Part shown: positions 1 through 10,523 of the stretch, in pieces
How the letters are laid out: each line of letters opens with the position of its first letter
How positions within the stretch are numbered: the stretch's first letter is position 1
Assembly (NCBI GenBank): GCA_964016885.1
Contig: OZ024741.1
Coordinates: 251,968,001 to 252,032,000, forward strand
Reading direction: 5' to 3'
From: Eledone cirrhosa
Taxonomy: Eukaryota
DNA length: 64,000 nucleotides
Position numbers and translations under genes: made by a program
Notes under the pieces: generated by a model
The model's database searches: none
What the model was told of the DNA's origin: nothing
What the model saw: only the letters and a program-made list of their open reading frames with translations

Positions 1-124
1 ACCGTGTTTCGCTCATATAGGACCATCTGGCAGGTTTTCTATGGCTGGATGCTCTTCCTAACACCAACCACATTTACAGTGTGGACTGTGTGTTTTTTTG
101 TTGTGACACATACACGACCTCATT
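1..124 (-). mobile_element. SINE family A, internal/3' part (runs off window start)
   Basis: Reverse complement matches 6072-6350 (aatgag.tcgtgta.gtgtcac.acaaaaaaa.cacacagtccac.ctgtaaatgtggttggtgttaggaag.gcatccag...gaaaacc). Confidence 0.8.
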
Positions 125-159
125 AATAATTTGTCACTTAGATAATTTGTCAACATAAA

Positions 160-1700
160 TAATTTGTCACTTAGTTCTTTTATGTTTGCCGTTCACGTAT
201 ATTACTATTATACATCCAACGGAACATGCATGCTTTGTTCCTTTCCAGTCTGCACAGGTCCTCTGCCCACAATGCCCATGTCTCACTGCCATGTAACATT
301 GCTGTTCGTATACAGGCATCAAACAATCTGCCTTTCATTTTTAGAGGAAACCTTTTGTGGCCAACAGTGGTATAAGCTCTCTGAACTTTTTTCCATCCCG
401 TTGTGATTCTGGCTACTGTACTTTCAGAGCAGCCTCTACCACTGCTGATTTTGTCACCCAGGTAATGGAAAGTGTCCACTATTTCTATAGAACCATTTGG
501 GCAATAGAAGGAGCTAGTATCCTGTGGGCACTTGCTACTTATTGCACCTAAGCATCGGCCACATATAAAATCTATGTTCTTAGATAGCTTACCTGTGATC
601 CCACTACATCTTTTATGCACCCATACTTTGCATTTGGGACATAAAATTGAATTTCTGCCTACTCCTTTCCTACACACTGAGCATGGCCATTTCTCAGAGG
701 GCACCTGTGCCCTATTTTCCTTTCTACATACTAGAACTTTAGTCTTAGACAAGTTAACTTTATGGCCTTTTGATTCTAGGCAATGCTTCCATGTTCGGAA
801 TTTCTTCTCTCGTTCAGCCATAGATTCAGCTATGAGAGTTAGATCATCTGTGTATAGAAGTTCCCATGGGCAGCCAGTCTTAAACTCCTCTGTTATAGCC
901 TGAAGGGCAGTAATAAATAGTAGGGGGCTAAGGACAGAGCTTTGATGAACACCAACTTTTACGCTAAATTCTTCACTATATTCATTGTTAATTCTAACCT
1001 TACTGACTGTTTCTTTATACATGGCTTGTATAGCTCTCACAAGCTATTCATCTACACCTAGTTTTCTAAGAGCCCACCAGATAATGTATTGGGTTCTCTG
1101 TCAAAGGCTTTCTCCAAGTCAACAAAAGCTAAGTATCGGGGTTTACTTTTAGCTAGTTACTTCTGTAGTTGTCGTACAAGGAAAAGAGTGTCTGTGGTAC
1201 TTTTACCTGACACAAACCCAAATTGCATTTCATCTAGATCAATTCGCTCTCTTATTAGTTGTGCTATAACTCTTTCTGTGACCTTCATGACCTGGTCAAC
1301 TAACTTAATGTCCCTATAGTTTCCCCTATCTAGAGCATCTCCTTTACCCTTGTAGTAGTTAATGATGATGCTGTTACGCCAGTCATTTGGTATGACCCAA
1401 TTCTGTATTACTTGGTTTCCTATCCGGGTGACCATAGTATGTCCCACCATTCCAGATGCTTTCAACATCTCAGCAACTATCTCCGAAGGTCCAGCTGCCT
1501 TGCCTGTCTTCATATCTTTGATTGCCTTACTTATTATACTACTTTTAACTTGCACCGCTGGTCCTTCTATTGGATCGATTTGGGGCAAACTATCTTTTTC
1601 CCATTTATTCTCCTCATTTAGTAGTCTCTCGTAGTGACACTTCCAAGCTACCTTCTTATCAGTATCAGTGAGGGCAAGTATGCCATCATCATTACGGACA
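160..1700 (-). mobile_element. Decayed RTE-clade LINE ORF2 fragment (reverse transcriptase with internal PHD-like zinc finger); pseudogenised
   Basis: Translation gives VRNDDG..AWKCHYERLLNEEN, KTGKAAGPS, KGKGDALDRGNYR, QFGFVSGKSTTD, AFVDLEKAFD, VGVHQSSVLSPLLF, LLYTDDL (843-854), FHYLGD, LHGSETW. Stop at 1157-1159, frameshift near 1090, stop at 1044-1046. No endonuclease domain and no 3' end present. Confidence 0.95.
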
Positions 1701-1716
1701 TATATATATATACAAA

Positions 1717-1885
1717 CCTTATTTCCTGGAGCCGAAGACGCTGCTTTTTTCCTAAAATAAGTCTCAAAACTCTACTATGCGTCCTGGAGACCGAAGGTTG
1801 TTTATTATTTTTTTTTTCAAATTTTGGTTGTCAAAATTAGGTAGCGTCCTCGAGAAGGAAGCATCTTCAGCACCGGGAAATACAG
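1717..1885. mobile_element. MITE with ~26-bp imperfect terminal inverted repeats, Tc2/pogo-like
   Basis: Left end ccttatttcctggagccgaagacgct vs reverse complement of right end ctgtatttcccggtgctgaagatgct. No coding capacity. Lies in (TA)n context, consistent with TA targeting. CCGTAT-like termini are typical of Tc2/pogo elements. Confidence 0.7.
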
Positions 1886-1957
1886 TATATGCATATATAT
1901 GTATATACACACATATATATATGTATATATATATATATGTAAACATCTCTCTCTCTC

Positions 1958-2013
<56 letters not shown>

Positions 2014-2040
2014 TCTCTCTCTATATATATATACATATAT
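1886..2040. repeat. (TA)n/(CT)n compound microsatellite
   Basis: Direct inspection; the unit gtaaacatctctctct(ata)n occurs twice. Confidence 0.95.
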
Positions 2041-2041
2041 G

Positions 2042-2385
2042 TGGAGGCACATGGCTTAGTGGTTAGAGCATTGGCCTTGCAATCGAAAGGTTGTGAGTTC
2101 AATTCTCAGACCGGGTGATGTGTTGTTTCCTTGAGCAAGACACTTTATTTCACATTGCTCCAGTTTACTCAGCTGTAGAAATGAGATGATAGGGACTGGG
2201 GTCCCTATCATTCCACTGCAAAGTGGTTGTGGAGGTGCCACGGCAAAAAAGCACCCAGCACTCACTGTAAATGAGGTTGGTGTTAGGAAGGGCATCCAGC
2301 TGTAGAAATCAAGCCAGAATCAGTTGCCGTCCCACCCTTGCAAGCAGGGAAAAGTGGACGTAAAAATGAAATGAAAATGAAATGA
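2042..2385 (+). mobile_element. Full-length tRNA-derived SINE family A with RTE-like 3' tail
   Basis: Pol III A box TGGCTTAGTGG (2051-2061), B box GAGTTCAATTC (2095-2105), conserved body tccttgagcaagacactttatttcac, 3' end gtcccacccttgcaagcagggaaaagtggacgtaaaa plus (atgaa)n. Highly similar to the inverted copy at 6651-6963. Confidence 0.9.
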
Positions 2386-2404
2386 ATATATATACACACA
2401 CACA

Positions 2405-2667
2405 AGTGGTGATGCTGTTGTCATGATGAAAAATGCCCAGGCCATACTGTTCAGTGTTTGTTTTGGGCCCACAACAAGAAGCGTCCACACTACAGTACAA
2501 ATGTGGTTGGTATTAGAGAGGGTATCCAACCGCAGAAACAAAAACTAGATAAAAATGATTCTATATGAGCAAGACATGGTCATCTGATCTGACTTTTGTC
2601 ACAACAGGACAATTCGTCTAACACATGCTAGCATGGTTGATGTACATTACATGATGCGAAGATGATA
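2405..2667 (+). mobile_element. Diverged SINE family A 3' part
   Basis: aaatgtggttggtattagagagggtatccaaccgcagaaac...gtctaacacatgctagcatgg, similar to 8428-8645 and 6170-6420. Confidence 0.7.
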
Positions 2668-2673
2668 ACACAC

Positions 2674-3011
2674 TCATATATATATATATATATGTATATA
2701 TATCAACATATACATGCATCTATATATATATATATATACATATATATTGGAAATAAGAACTTCCCCAGTGAAGTGTGCATATTCGACTGAATAACATTTT
2801 TGTGAATTTAACCACATTTTATATTTATATATATCGTACATACACATACACACAAATATATATACATATATATATAGAGAGAGACAAAAATATGTGCCTC
2901 TCTCCCGCTCTGACACTCTCTTTTTCTCTCTCTCGCTCTCTCTCTCTCTCTATATATATATGTATATATATATATATATATACATATATACATATATACA
3001 TATATATATGT

Positions 3012-3044
<33 letters not shown>

Positions 3045-3205
3045 CATATATACATATACATATATACATATATATACATATATATACATACATATATACA
3101 TATATATATATAAATATATACATATACATATGTATATAAATATATACATATAAATATATACATATATAAATATATATATACATATATATACATATATATA
3201 TACAC

Positions 3206-3282
<77 letters not shown>

Positions 3283-3418
3283 TATATATATATATATATA
3301 CATACATATATACGTATATATCGTCATCATCATCATCATTTTACGTCCGCTTTTCCCTGCTTGAATACATACATACATGTATATATATACATACATATAT
3401 ATATATATACATACATAA

Positions 3419-3475
<57 letters not shown>

Positions 3476-3775
3476 CACTCATATACATATATATATATAT
3501 ATCTATACACTCATATTCATATACATATATACACATATACAGATATATATTTATATATTATATATACATGTGTGTTTGTACATATATACACTACACATGC
3601 AATATTACACACATATATCCAGTATATATTCATATATCGATATATCGATATCTATTCATGTATGCATCCATGTGTGTGTGTGTATGTGAATACACATGCG
3701 TATATATGCACATCCCTATACATAAACACACACACACACACACATACATACATATATATATATATACACACACAA
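2674..3775. repeat. (TA)n/(CA)n/(CT)n compound microsatellite field
   Basis: Direct inspection. Confidence 0.95.
3322..3363 (-). mobile_element. Extreme 3' remnant of SINE family A
   Basis: tcatcatcattttacgtccgcttttccctgcttg matches the tail of the copy at 6651-6684. Confidence 0.8.
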
Positions 3776-3936
3776 AATGACAGCCGTCAAGATATGTTAG
3801 CCCATCACTGCCCTCCACCAGCCATCTCCTTACATGAGTTCTAGTGCAAGGAATGAATAATGGCTAAGATATAATGTGATTATATTCTGCATATAGCATG
3901 GCAAGATATCCTTTCGTCCACAGCTATGGAGTTGAT

Positions 3937-5045
3937 AGTGATGGTGCTGGGATGGTGGGAGTGGTAGTGGTGGTAGTTGTGGTTGTGGTGGTGGTGGTAG
4001 TGGTGGTTGTGGTGTGGGATGGTGGTTGTGGTGGTGGTGGTGGAAGTGGTAGTGGTGGTAGTTGTGGTGGTGGTGGTGGTGGTGGTGGTGGTGGTTGTAG
4101 TGGTGTGGGATGGTAGTTGTGGTGGTGGTAGTGGTGGTAGTGGGTGGTGATGGTGGTGGTGGTGGTAGTGGTAGTGGGATGGTAGTTGTGGGTGGTGGTG
4201 GTGGTGGTGGTCGTAGTGGTAGTGGGATGTTAGTTGTGGTGGTGGTTGTGGTGGTGGTGGTGGTGGTGGTGGTTGTGGTGGTAGTAGTTGTGGTGGCGGT
4301 GGTAGTTGTTGTTGTTGTGGTGGTGGTGGTAGTGGTGGTGGGATGGTAGTTGTGGTGGTGGTGGTGGTTGTGGTGGTACTAGTGGTGGTGGTGGTGGGGA
4401 TAGTGGTGGTTGTGATGGTAGTTGTGGTGATGGTGGTGGTGGAGGGATGGTTGTGGTGGTAGTATTAGTGGTGGGATGGTGGTGGGGATGTTGGGATTGT
4501 TGTGATGGAGGTGGTGGTGGTGGTGGAGGTGATGGTGGTGGTGGTAAAGTTAGGAGGGTGGTTGTGATGGTGGTAGGGCAGTGGTTGTGGTGGTAGTTGT
4601 AGTACGGTGATAGTGGTGCTGGTGGTAGTATTAGTGGTGGGATGGTGGTGGTGGTGCTGGTGGTGGTAGAGCAGTGGTTGTGGTAGTAGTTGTAGTGGGA
4701 TGATAGTGGTGCTGGTGGTAGTATTAGTGGTGGGATGGTGGTGGTGGGATTGTGGTGGTGGTGGTAGTGTTAGTGGTGGGATGGTGGTGGTGGTGGTGCT
4801 GGTGGTGGGATTGTGGTGGTGGTGGTAGTGCTAGTGGTGGGATGGTGGTAGTATTAGTGGTGGGATGGTGGTGGTGGTGGGATTGTGGTGGTGGTGGTAG
4901 TGCTAGTGGTGGGATGGTGGTAGTATTAGTGGTGGGATGGTGGTGGTGGTGGTGGTGGTGGGATTGTGGTGGTGGTGGTAGTGCTAGTGGTGGGATGGTG
5001 GTAGTATTAGTGGTGGGATGGTGGTGGGATGGTGGTGGTGGTGAC
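3937..5045. repeat. Degenerate (GGT)n tract with ~66-75 bp higher-order units at its right end
   Basis: GGT triplets with GGGAT/AGT variants; unit gggattgtggtggtggtggtagtgctagtggtgggatggtggtagtattagtggtgggat repeated 4745-5030. Confidence 0.95.
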
Positions 5046-5187
5046 GGTAGCCTGTGGGTGAGGAGAAAGGAGAAGGGGAAGTAATCAATGCTGCTTCTAT
5101 TTATTTGTCTGCTTTTCAGACATGCCTATAAACACTACAGTTGGTACAGCTGTACAGCAGATATACATGTCAGACAAGCATGTATAG

Positions 5188-5875
<688 letters not shown>

Positions 5876-6044
5876 GAATGAGTACTCAATACCGAAGTAG
5901 ATTTTGAATATTCTTTATTGTGGCTGTGATAAATCTTATCTGATCATCCTATGAGTACACAGGTGAATATCTAGAGTAACACTGGAGAATCTACAGACTC
6001 ATCACTAAGCTTTAATAAATATCATATGTGTGTATGTCTATATG

Positions 6045-6421
6045 TTGGTGCCACAACATCCAGGCCGAAACAAATGAGATCGTGTAGGTGTCACGACAAA
6101 AAAAAAACACACAGTCCACGCTGTAAATGTGGCCGTGTAGGTAACACGGTAAAAACCTCCCAGTCCCACACTGTAAATGTGGTTGGTGTTAGGAAGGGCA
6201 TCCAGCTGTAGAAAACCCGCTAGACAGTCCACGCTGTAAATGTGGCCATGTAGGTAACACGGTAAAAACCTCCCAGCCCCACACTGTAAATGTGGTTGGT
6301 GTTAGGAAGGGCATCCAACTGTAGAAAACCCGCCAGACAGTCCTATGCGAGCAAGACAACCACTCTTGCCTCAAGTGGGAAAACTCCCGTCCAAACCCAT
6401 GCAAGCGTGGATAGGAACATG
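6045..6421 (+). mobile_element. SINE family A 3' part with a 113-bp internal tandem duplication
   Basis: ACAGTCC at 6111, 6224 and 6337 bounds two 113-bp copies; ends in ccgtccaaacccatgcaagcgtgga (RTE-like tail). Confidence 0.85.
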
Positions 6422-6599
6422 ATAGGAACGAGTAGGACCCCGACGGCTGAGCTCAAGCCGTTTCGACGGCCAATTCTGGACTAGTCCAGAATTGGCCGTC
6501 GAAACGGTCCTACTCATTCCTATTACCCAATCTACTACCCTAAGTATTGAGTACTTTGGTGCGTTATGGTCCATCTGGTTCCTTACCACATTTCCTTCG

Positions 6600-6600
<1 letters not shown>
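6422..6600. repeat. Foldback element containing a perfect 50-bp palindrome (6458-6507)
   Basis: ccgtttcgacggccaattctggact|agtccagaattggccgtcgaaacgg. Outer arms 6422-6439 and 6506-6523 also pair with one mismatch. Confidence 0.85.
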
Positions 6601-6639
<39 letters not shown>

Positions 6640-6650
6640 ATATATATATA

Positions 6651-6961
6651 TCATCATCATTTTACGTCCGCTTTTCCCTGCTTGCAAGGGTGGGACAGGA
6701 ACTGATTCTGGCTTGGTTTCTACAGCTGGATGCCCTTCCTAACACCAACCTCATTTACAGTGAGTGCTGGGTGCTTTTTTTTTTCCGTGGCACCTACACG
6801 TCCACTTTACAGTGTGGGCTGGGTGCTTTTTGCAGTGGCACCTCCACGACCACTTTGCAGTGGAATGATAGGGACCTCAGTCTCTATCATCTCATTTCTA
6901 CAGCTGAATAAACTGGAGCAATGTGAAATAAAGTGTCTTGCTCAAGGAAACAACACATCAC

Positions 6962-6963
<2 letters not shown>
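6651..6963 (-). mobile_element. SINE family A, head truncated at a (TA)n tract
   Basis: Reverse complement is highly similar to 2113-2368 but has one extra ~50-bp internal module; (GAT)n tail. Confidence 0.9.
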
Positions 6964-7006
<43 letters not shown>

Positions 7007-7010
<4 letters not shown>

Positions 7011-7430
7011 AGTAAGGTTGCTTGGATGCGTCCATAGGTGGTATGCCGGTTGAGCATAGGAGAAGGGCAAGACAGTTCAAAACACCTTTCATACACATAG
7101 CAGTAATATCTGGCGACACGATTAAGGTGAGTGACAGCTCACACCTGAATGGAAATGGTCAGTGGGCAGATTTGAATGGTCAAACACACAGATGACGTCT
7201 CGAACTATCACCCAATTGGCGGGCTGTGCAAACAGGATGATGGCAGATGATAGAAATTCGAAGGGTCGGAGTCCAGCAGAAAGAGGATTTGCATTAAAAT
7301 CATTAGATGTATCTGAGGAACTTGCGACTCCAGAGTCAGGTTCAATCCAAAACAGATCGCACTTCGCCGGAGAAACAATTGTAATACGTAATAAATGTAG
7401 TCTGATGCATTACTGATTCTTTGTTTTCCC
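7007..7430 (+). mobile_element. Non-coding (TA)n-embedded element carrying a hammerhead-like motif, copy 1 (Penelope-like/retrozyme-like)
   Basis: Shares 5' motif ggttgct..g.tgc.tcc.taggtggtatgcc and 3' block ccgg.gaaacaattgtaa.acg.a.taaat..agtc..gatgcat..ctgatt.tt.gtttt with 8033-8259; flanked by (TA)n on both sides. Confidence 0.7.
7307..7389 (+). ncRNA. Type I hammerhead ribozyme-like motif
   Basis: Stem I atgtat(7307-12)/atacgt(7384-89); CTGAGGA 7313-19; stem II cttgcga/tcgccgg (6 of 7 pairs); GAAA 7372-75; palindromic stem III ACAATTGT; GUA site 7381-83. Confidence 0.65.
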
Positions 7431-7546
7431 TATTATATATATATAATATCATATATATTATATATATAATATATCATATATCATATATATATATATATCA
7501 TATGGATATGTATATCACGATATATATATCATATGTATATATAGCA

Positions 7547-7663
7547 TGGCGTGTGGCGGAGTGGTTAGAGAATTGGATTCGCAATCATGAGATTGTGAGT
7601 TCGATTCCTGGACCAGGCGATGCATTATGTCCTTGAGCAAGACACTTTATTTCACGTTGCTCC
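7547..7663 (+). mobile_element. SINE family A 5' head (3' truncated)
   Basis: A box TGGCGGAGTGG (7554-7564), B box GAGTTCGATTCC (7597-7608), body tccttgagcaagacactttatttcacgttgctcc. Confidence 0.85.
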
Positions 7664-7983
7664 TTCTACCTGGAGTTGCGACCGATAGATAGTATTAGCA
7701 ATTGGAAAGACCAACGGAAACATTGTTCCCTAGGTCCGATTTGACGAAAAGTCGATCGTTCCTTTATATATAGCATATATATATATCTATCTCATATGGA
7801 TATGTATATCATGATATATATATCATATGGATATATATATCATATATATATCATATGTATATATATCATATGTATATATATATCATATGTATATACATGT
7901 CATATATATATATATGTATGTATATATATATATATATATCACGTATATATATTTCATATGTATATATATCATATATATATATT

Positions 7984-8024
7984 TAGCATGGAATATGGAC
8001 GTTAAACGATGATGATGATGATGA
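7984..8024 (+). mobile_element. 3' remnant of RTE/SINE A tail
   Basis: tagcatggaatatggacgttaaacgatgatgatg resembles the tails at 2345-2368, 8612-8645 and 12640-12672. Confidence 0.7.
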
Positions 8025-8032
8025 TATATATA

Positions 8033-8259
8033 GTTGTGTATAATGGTTGCTATGGTGCTTCCGTAGGTGGTATGCCAAAATTAGCCGCGATATTCAGCGA
8101 TAAAATTTGCTCTGAACGAAATCCCTGTGTCTGAAAGAACCTGCAGCAGTAAATCAGCCAGATCCATACAGGGACCATGTCTCGAGCTACCTACCGGCGA
8201 AACAATTGTAACACGCAGTAAATTAAGTCCAGATGCATCCCTGATTTTTCGTTTTCTTT
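8033..8259 (+). mobile_element. Non-coding (TA)n-embedded element carrying a hammerhead-like motif, copy 2
   Basis: Same termini as 7007-7430 with a shorter, different interior. Confidence 0.7.
8126..8215 (+). ncRNA. Type I hammerhead ribozyme-like motif (core has one extra nucleotide)
   Basis: Stem I tgtgt(8126-30)/acacg(8211-15); CTGAAAGA 8131-38; stem II cctgcag/ctaccgg (5 of 7 pairs); GAAA 8199-8202; ACAATTGT; GUA 8208-10. Confidence 0.55.
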
Positions 8260-8427
8260 ATACTATATTTATATATATATAAAGGGTAAAGAGTCAGGAC
8301 TCCGACGGCTGAACTTGACAGCTAGATACTTGCAAGAGTCCTTGATTTGGTACCAACACCAGTAATTCCTACCCACACACACACTATATATATTACTATA
8401 CTATATTTTCTCTAAATAATGTCTTCC

Positions 8428-8645
8428 CTGTAAAGTGGTAATTGTGGTGCCACAAAAAGATCTGAGTATATGCTGTAATGTGGTTGTCATTAGAAAGGGC
8501 ATCTATCTGTAGAGACAAAACTAAAATCAGATCCATATGAGGAAGATATGGTCACCTGATCTGACCTGACTTGGCTAGCCATATAATGTGACAGTCTGTC
8601 TAACCCATACAAGCATGGAAAATAGATGTTAAATGATGATGATGA
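8428..8645 (+). mobile_element. Diverged SINE family A 3' part
   Basis: ctgtaaagtgg...gtgccacaaaaag...tgtggttgtcattagaaagggcatc...gtctaacccatacaagcatggaaaatagatgttaaatgatgatg. Confidence 0.8.
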
Positions 8646-8907
8646 TACACTAAATGGAACAAGAGTATATCACTAAAAAAAAAGCTTGTAGCATGAATTT
8701 GTTCAGTCAAGTTAAAGGTGTTTGTACTGAATGCTGTACATGACAAATTCCTAATCTATTAGAGTTAGAGTCCTAATTTATTTAAACTATACACTTGAAT
8801 AGAGAAAGGAAGCAAAACCTATCAGCTGTTGTCGACAACTCAGAATGAGAAAGAAAGAAGATGAGTTCAATGAGTCTTATCTTAATTTATTGGGGAATTA
8901 ATACACT

Positions 8908-9095
8908 TAACCTCTTTTGATATTAACCCACCTGAAATCGCCCTTGCTTCTATGATACAAAACTTTAAAGTCTTTATAATTACATGAAATCCTTTCATCA
9001 TAGTGTTATGTGGAAAATGTGTGTAACGTTATGTCCCAAACAGTAGATAAATAAATAATGTGAAGTTAGTTTTACTGTTAACTCACTCCAAATTT
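8908..9095 (+). mobile_element. Possible degraded non-autonomous DNA element (TTAA-CC start, piggyBac-like)
   Basis: Begins ttaacctcttttgatattaacccacctgaaa; no second terminus found, so support is weak. Confidence 0.25.
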
Positions 9096-9126
9096 AATAA
9101 TAATAATAATATTAATGATAATAATA

Positions 9127-9310
9127 ATTGTTTCTACTTTTGGCACAAGGCCAGCAATTACCCAGTACATTACTGGTACTTTATTTTATCGACCCCGTAA
9201 GGATGAAAGGCAAGGTTAACCTCGGCGAGATTTGAACTCAGATCATAAAGGGACGTAACTCTATGCTTCAACACATGGCGTCCGACCCTCTACCGATACT
9301 GCCAATCCAA
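9127..9310 (-). mobile_element. tRNA-derived SINE family B, full length
   Basis: Minus strand: A box TGGCAGTATCGG, B box GAGTTCAAATC, body gcctttcatccttacggggtcgataaaataaagtaccagta, (TTA)n tail; similar to 13647-13837 and 30312-30498. Confidence 0.9.
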
Positions 9311-9376
9311 TTAATGATAATAATAATGATTTCATTTATTGGCCACAAGGGCCGACATGATAATAATAATAATAAT

Positions 9377-9590
9377 GGTTTCGGATTTAGGCACAAGGCC
9401 AGCAATTTTAGGGGAGGAGAAAGTCAATTAAATCATTTCCAGTACATTACTGGTACTTGATTTTATCGACTCTGTAAGGATGAAAGGCAAAGCTTAACCT
9501 CGGCGGGATTTGAATTCAAAACGTAAAGGGACATAATTCTATGTTGCAAAGCATGGTGTCTGACATTCTACCGATACTGCCAATTCACCA
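9377..9590 (-). mobile_element. SINE family B, full length
   Basis: Same A/B boxes and body as 9127-9310, with an additional ctcccctaaaattgctggcc segment. Confidence 0.85.
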
Positions 9591-9595
9591 CAATA

Positions 9596-10426
9596 CATCA
9601 TCCAAAAGCAGATGTGGATTGCCTCTATCACCCTAGACAAAATGGAGGTAGAGGAATGATCCAGCCTGAGCCTAGAGGATATCAACCATTGGACTCAATC
9701 AATACCTTAAAACCACAGATGACTGGGTGATGAAAATGGTTGCTGTTCACAAGGGGAGTGTCTTTGAATGTGCAACTTTCAATCCAGTGTGATCAGAAAT
9801 GGAATCGACACAAGATGTCAATTCTGTGATGAGCATGGTAAGACCATTGACCACCTGGTCTCAGGCTGCAAAGTATTAGTTCCCCAGGAATATAAAACGC
9901 AGCAAATCTGACAATCCTATGTGATTTCCCAGTGAAGACTGATAGATCAATTAATGCCAACTGACCTAGTATAATTGTGAAGGATCATAAAAAGAAAACA
10001 TGTTTTTTAATTGACATGAGCATTTCATTAGTAACATCTCCGCGAAAGAGCTTGGAAACCTCTGTAAGTATAAAGATCTATCAATTGAAATTGAGAAAAT
10101 GTGGCATCTTAAGGCGTGTACAACACCAGTGATACTCAGCACACTTGGAATGATAAAAAAGGGAACTGAAAAATATTTCGACTGGATACCTGGAAAGCCA
10201 TCTCTGCAAGTGATACAGAAAATAGTGCTGACTGGTACTGCCCATGTACTAAGAAGAGCATTATCAATTTGAATATTTTGCAAAGACATTTGCTGTTGTT
10301 TGGCCCTTGTGGCATCATTTGTATGACAATTGATTGTAGGATGTGTGTATTGTAAAATGTTGCCTCAGGTGTCAGGTTGACACTCGGAATGATTCAGGAA
10401 AGAAGCAGAATTCAAAGGAAATTTAA

Positions 10427-10466
<40 letters not shown>
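9596..10466 (+). mobile_element. Decayed R4/Dong-type non-LTR retrotransposon 3' fragment (CCHC knuckle + restriction-like endonuclease) with (TAA)n tail
   Basis: HHPKADVDCLYHPRQNGGRGMIQ; CQFCDEHGKTIDHLVSGC; DFPVKTDRSINAN*PSIIVKD..CFLIDMSI; KYKDLSIEIEKMW..IQKIVLTGTAHVLRRALSI* (stop 10270-72); internal deletions; (TAA)n at 10427-10466. Confidence 0.85.
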
Positions 10467-10469
<3 letters not shown>

Positions 10470-10522
10470 GTTTCTTATTTAGGCATAAGGCCAGCAATTT
10501 GAAGGGAAGGGGAAAGTCAATT
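10467..10522 (-). mobile_element. SINE family B 3' fragment
   Basis: tttaggcataaggccagcaattt..aagggaaggggaaagtcaattaaa matches 9387-9432. Confidence 0.7.
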
Positions 10523-10523
10523 A

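Noticed and set aside
532-1634. Plus-strand ORFs of 76-123 aa
   Set aside because: Antisense shadows of the RTE reading frame.
2042-2115. tRNA genes suggested by A/B boxes (also 7547, 13647, 30312)
   Set aside because: The boxes run directly into repeated SINE bodies and no convincing cloverleaf was found.
3898-5084. Gly/Val/Trp-rich ORFs
   Set aside because: Translations of the (GGT)n tract.
5093-5185. Possible splice acceptor (ttctatttatttgtctgcttttcag) and small exon
   Set aside because: No recognisable coding content or convincing partner exons; cannot be supported without RNA data.
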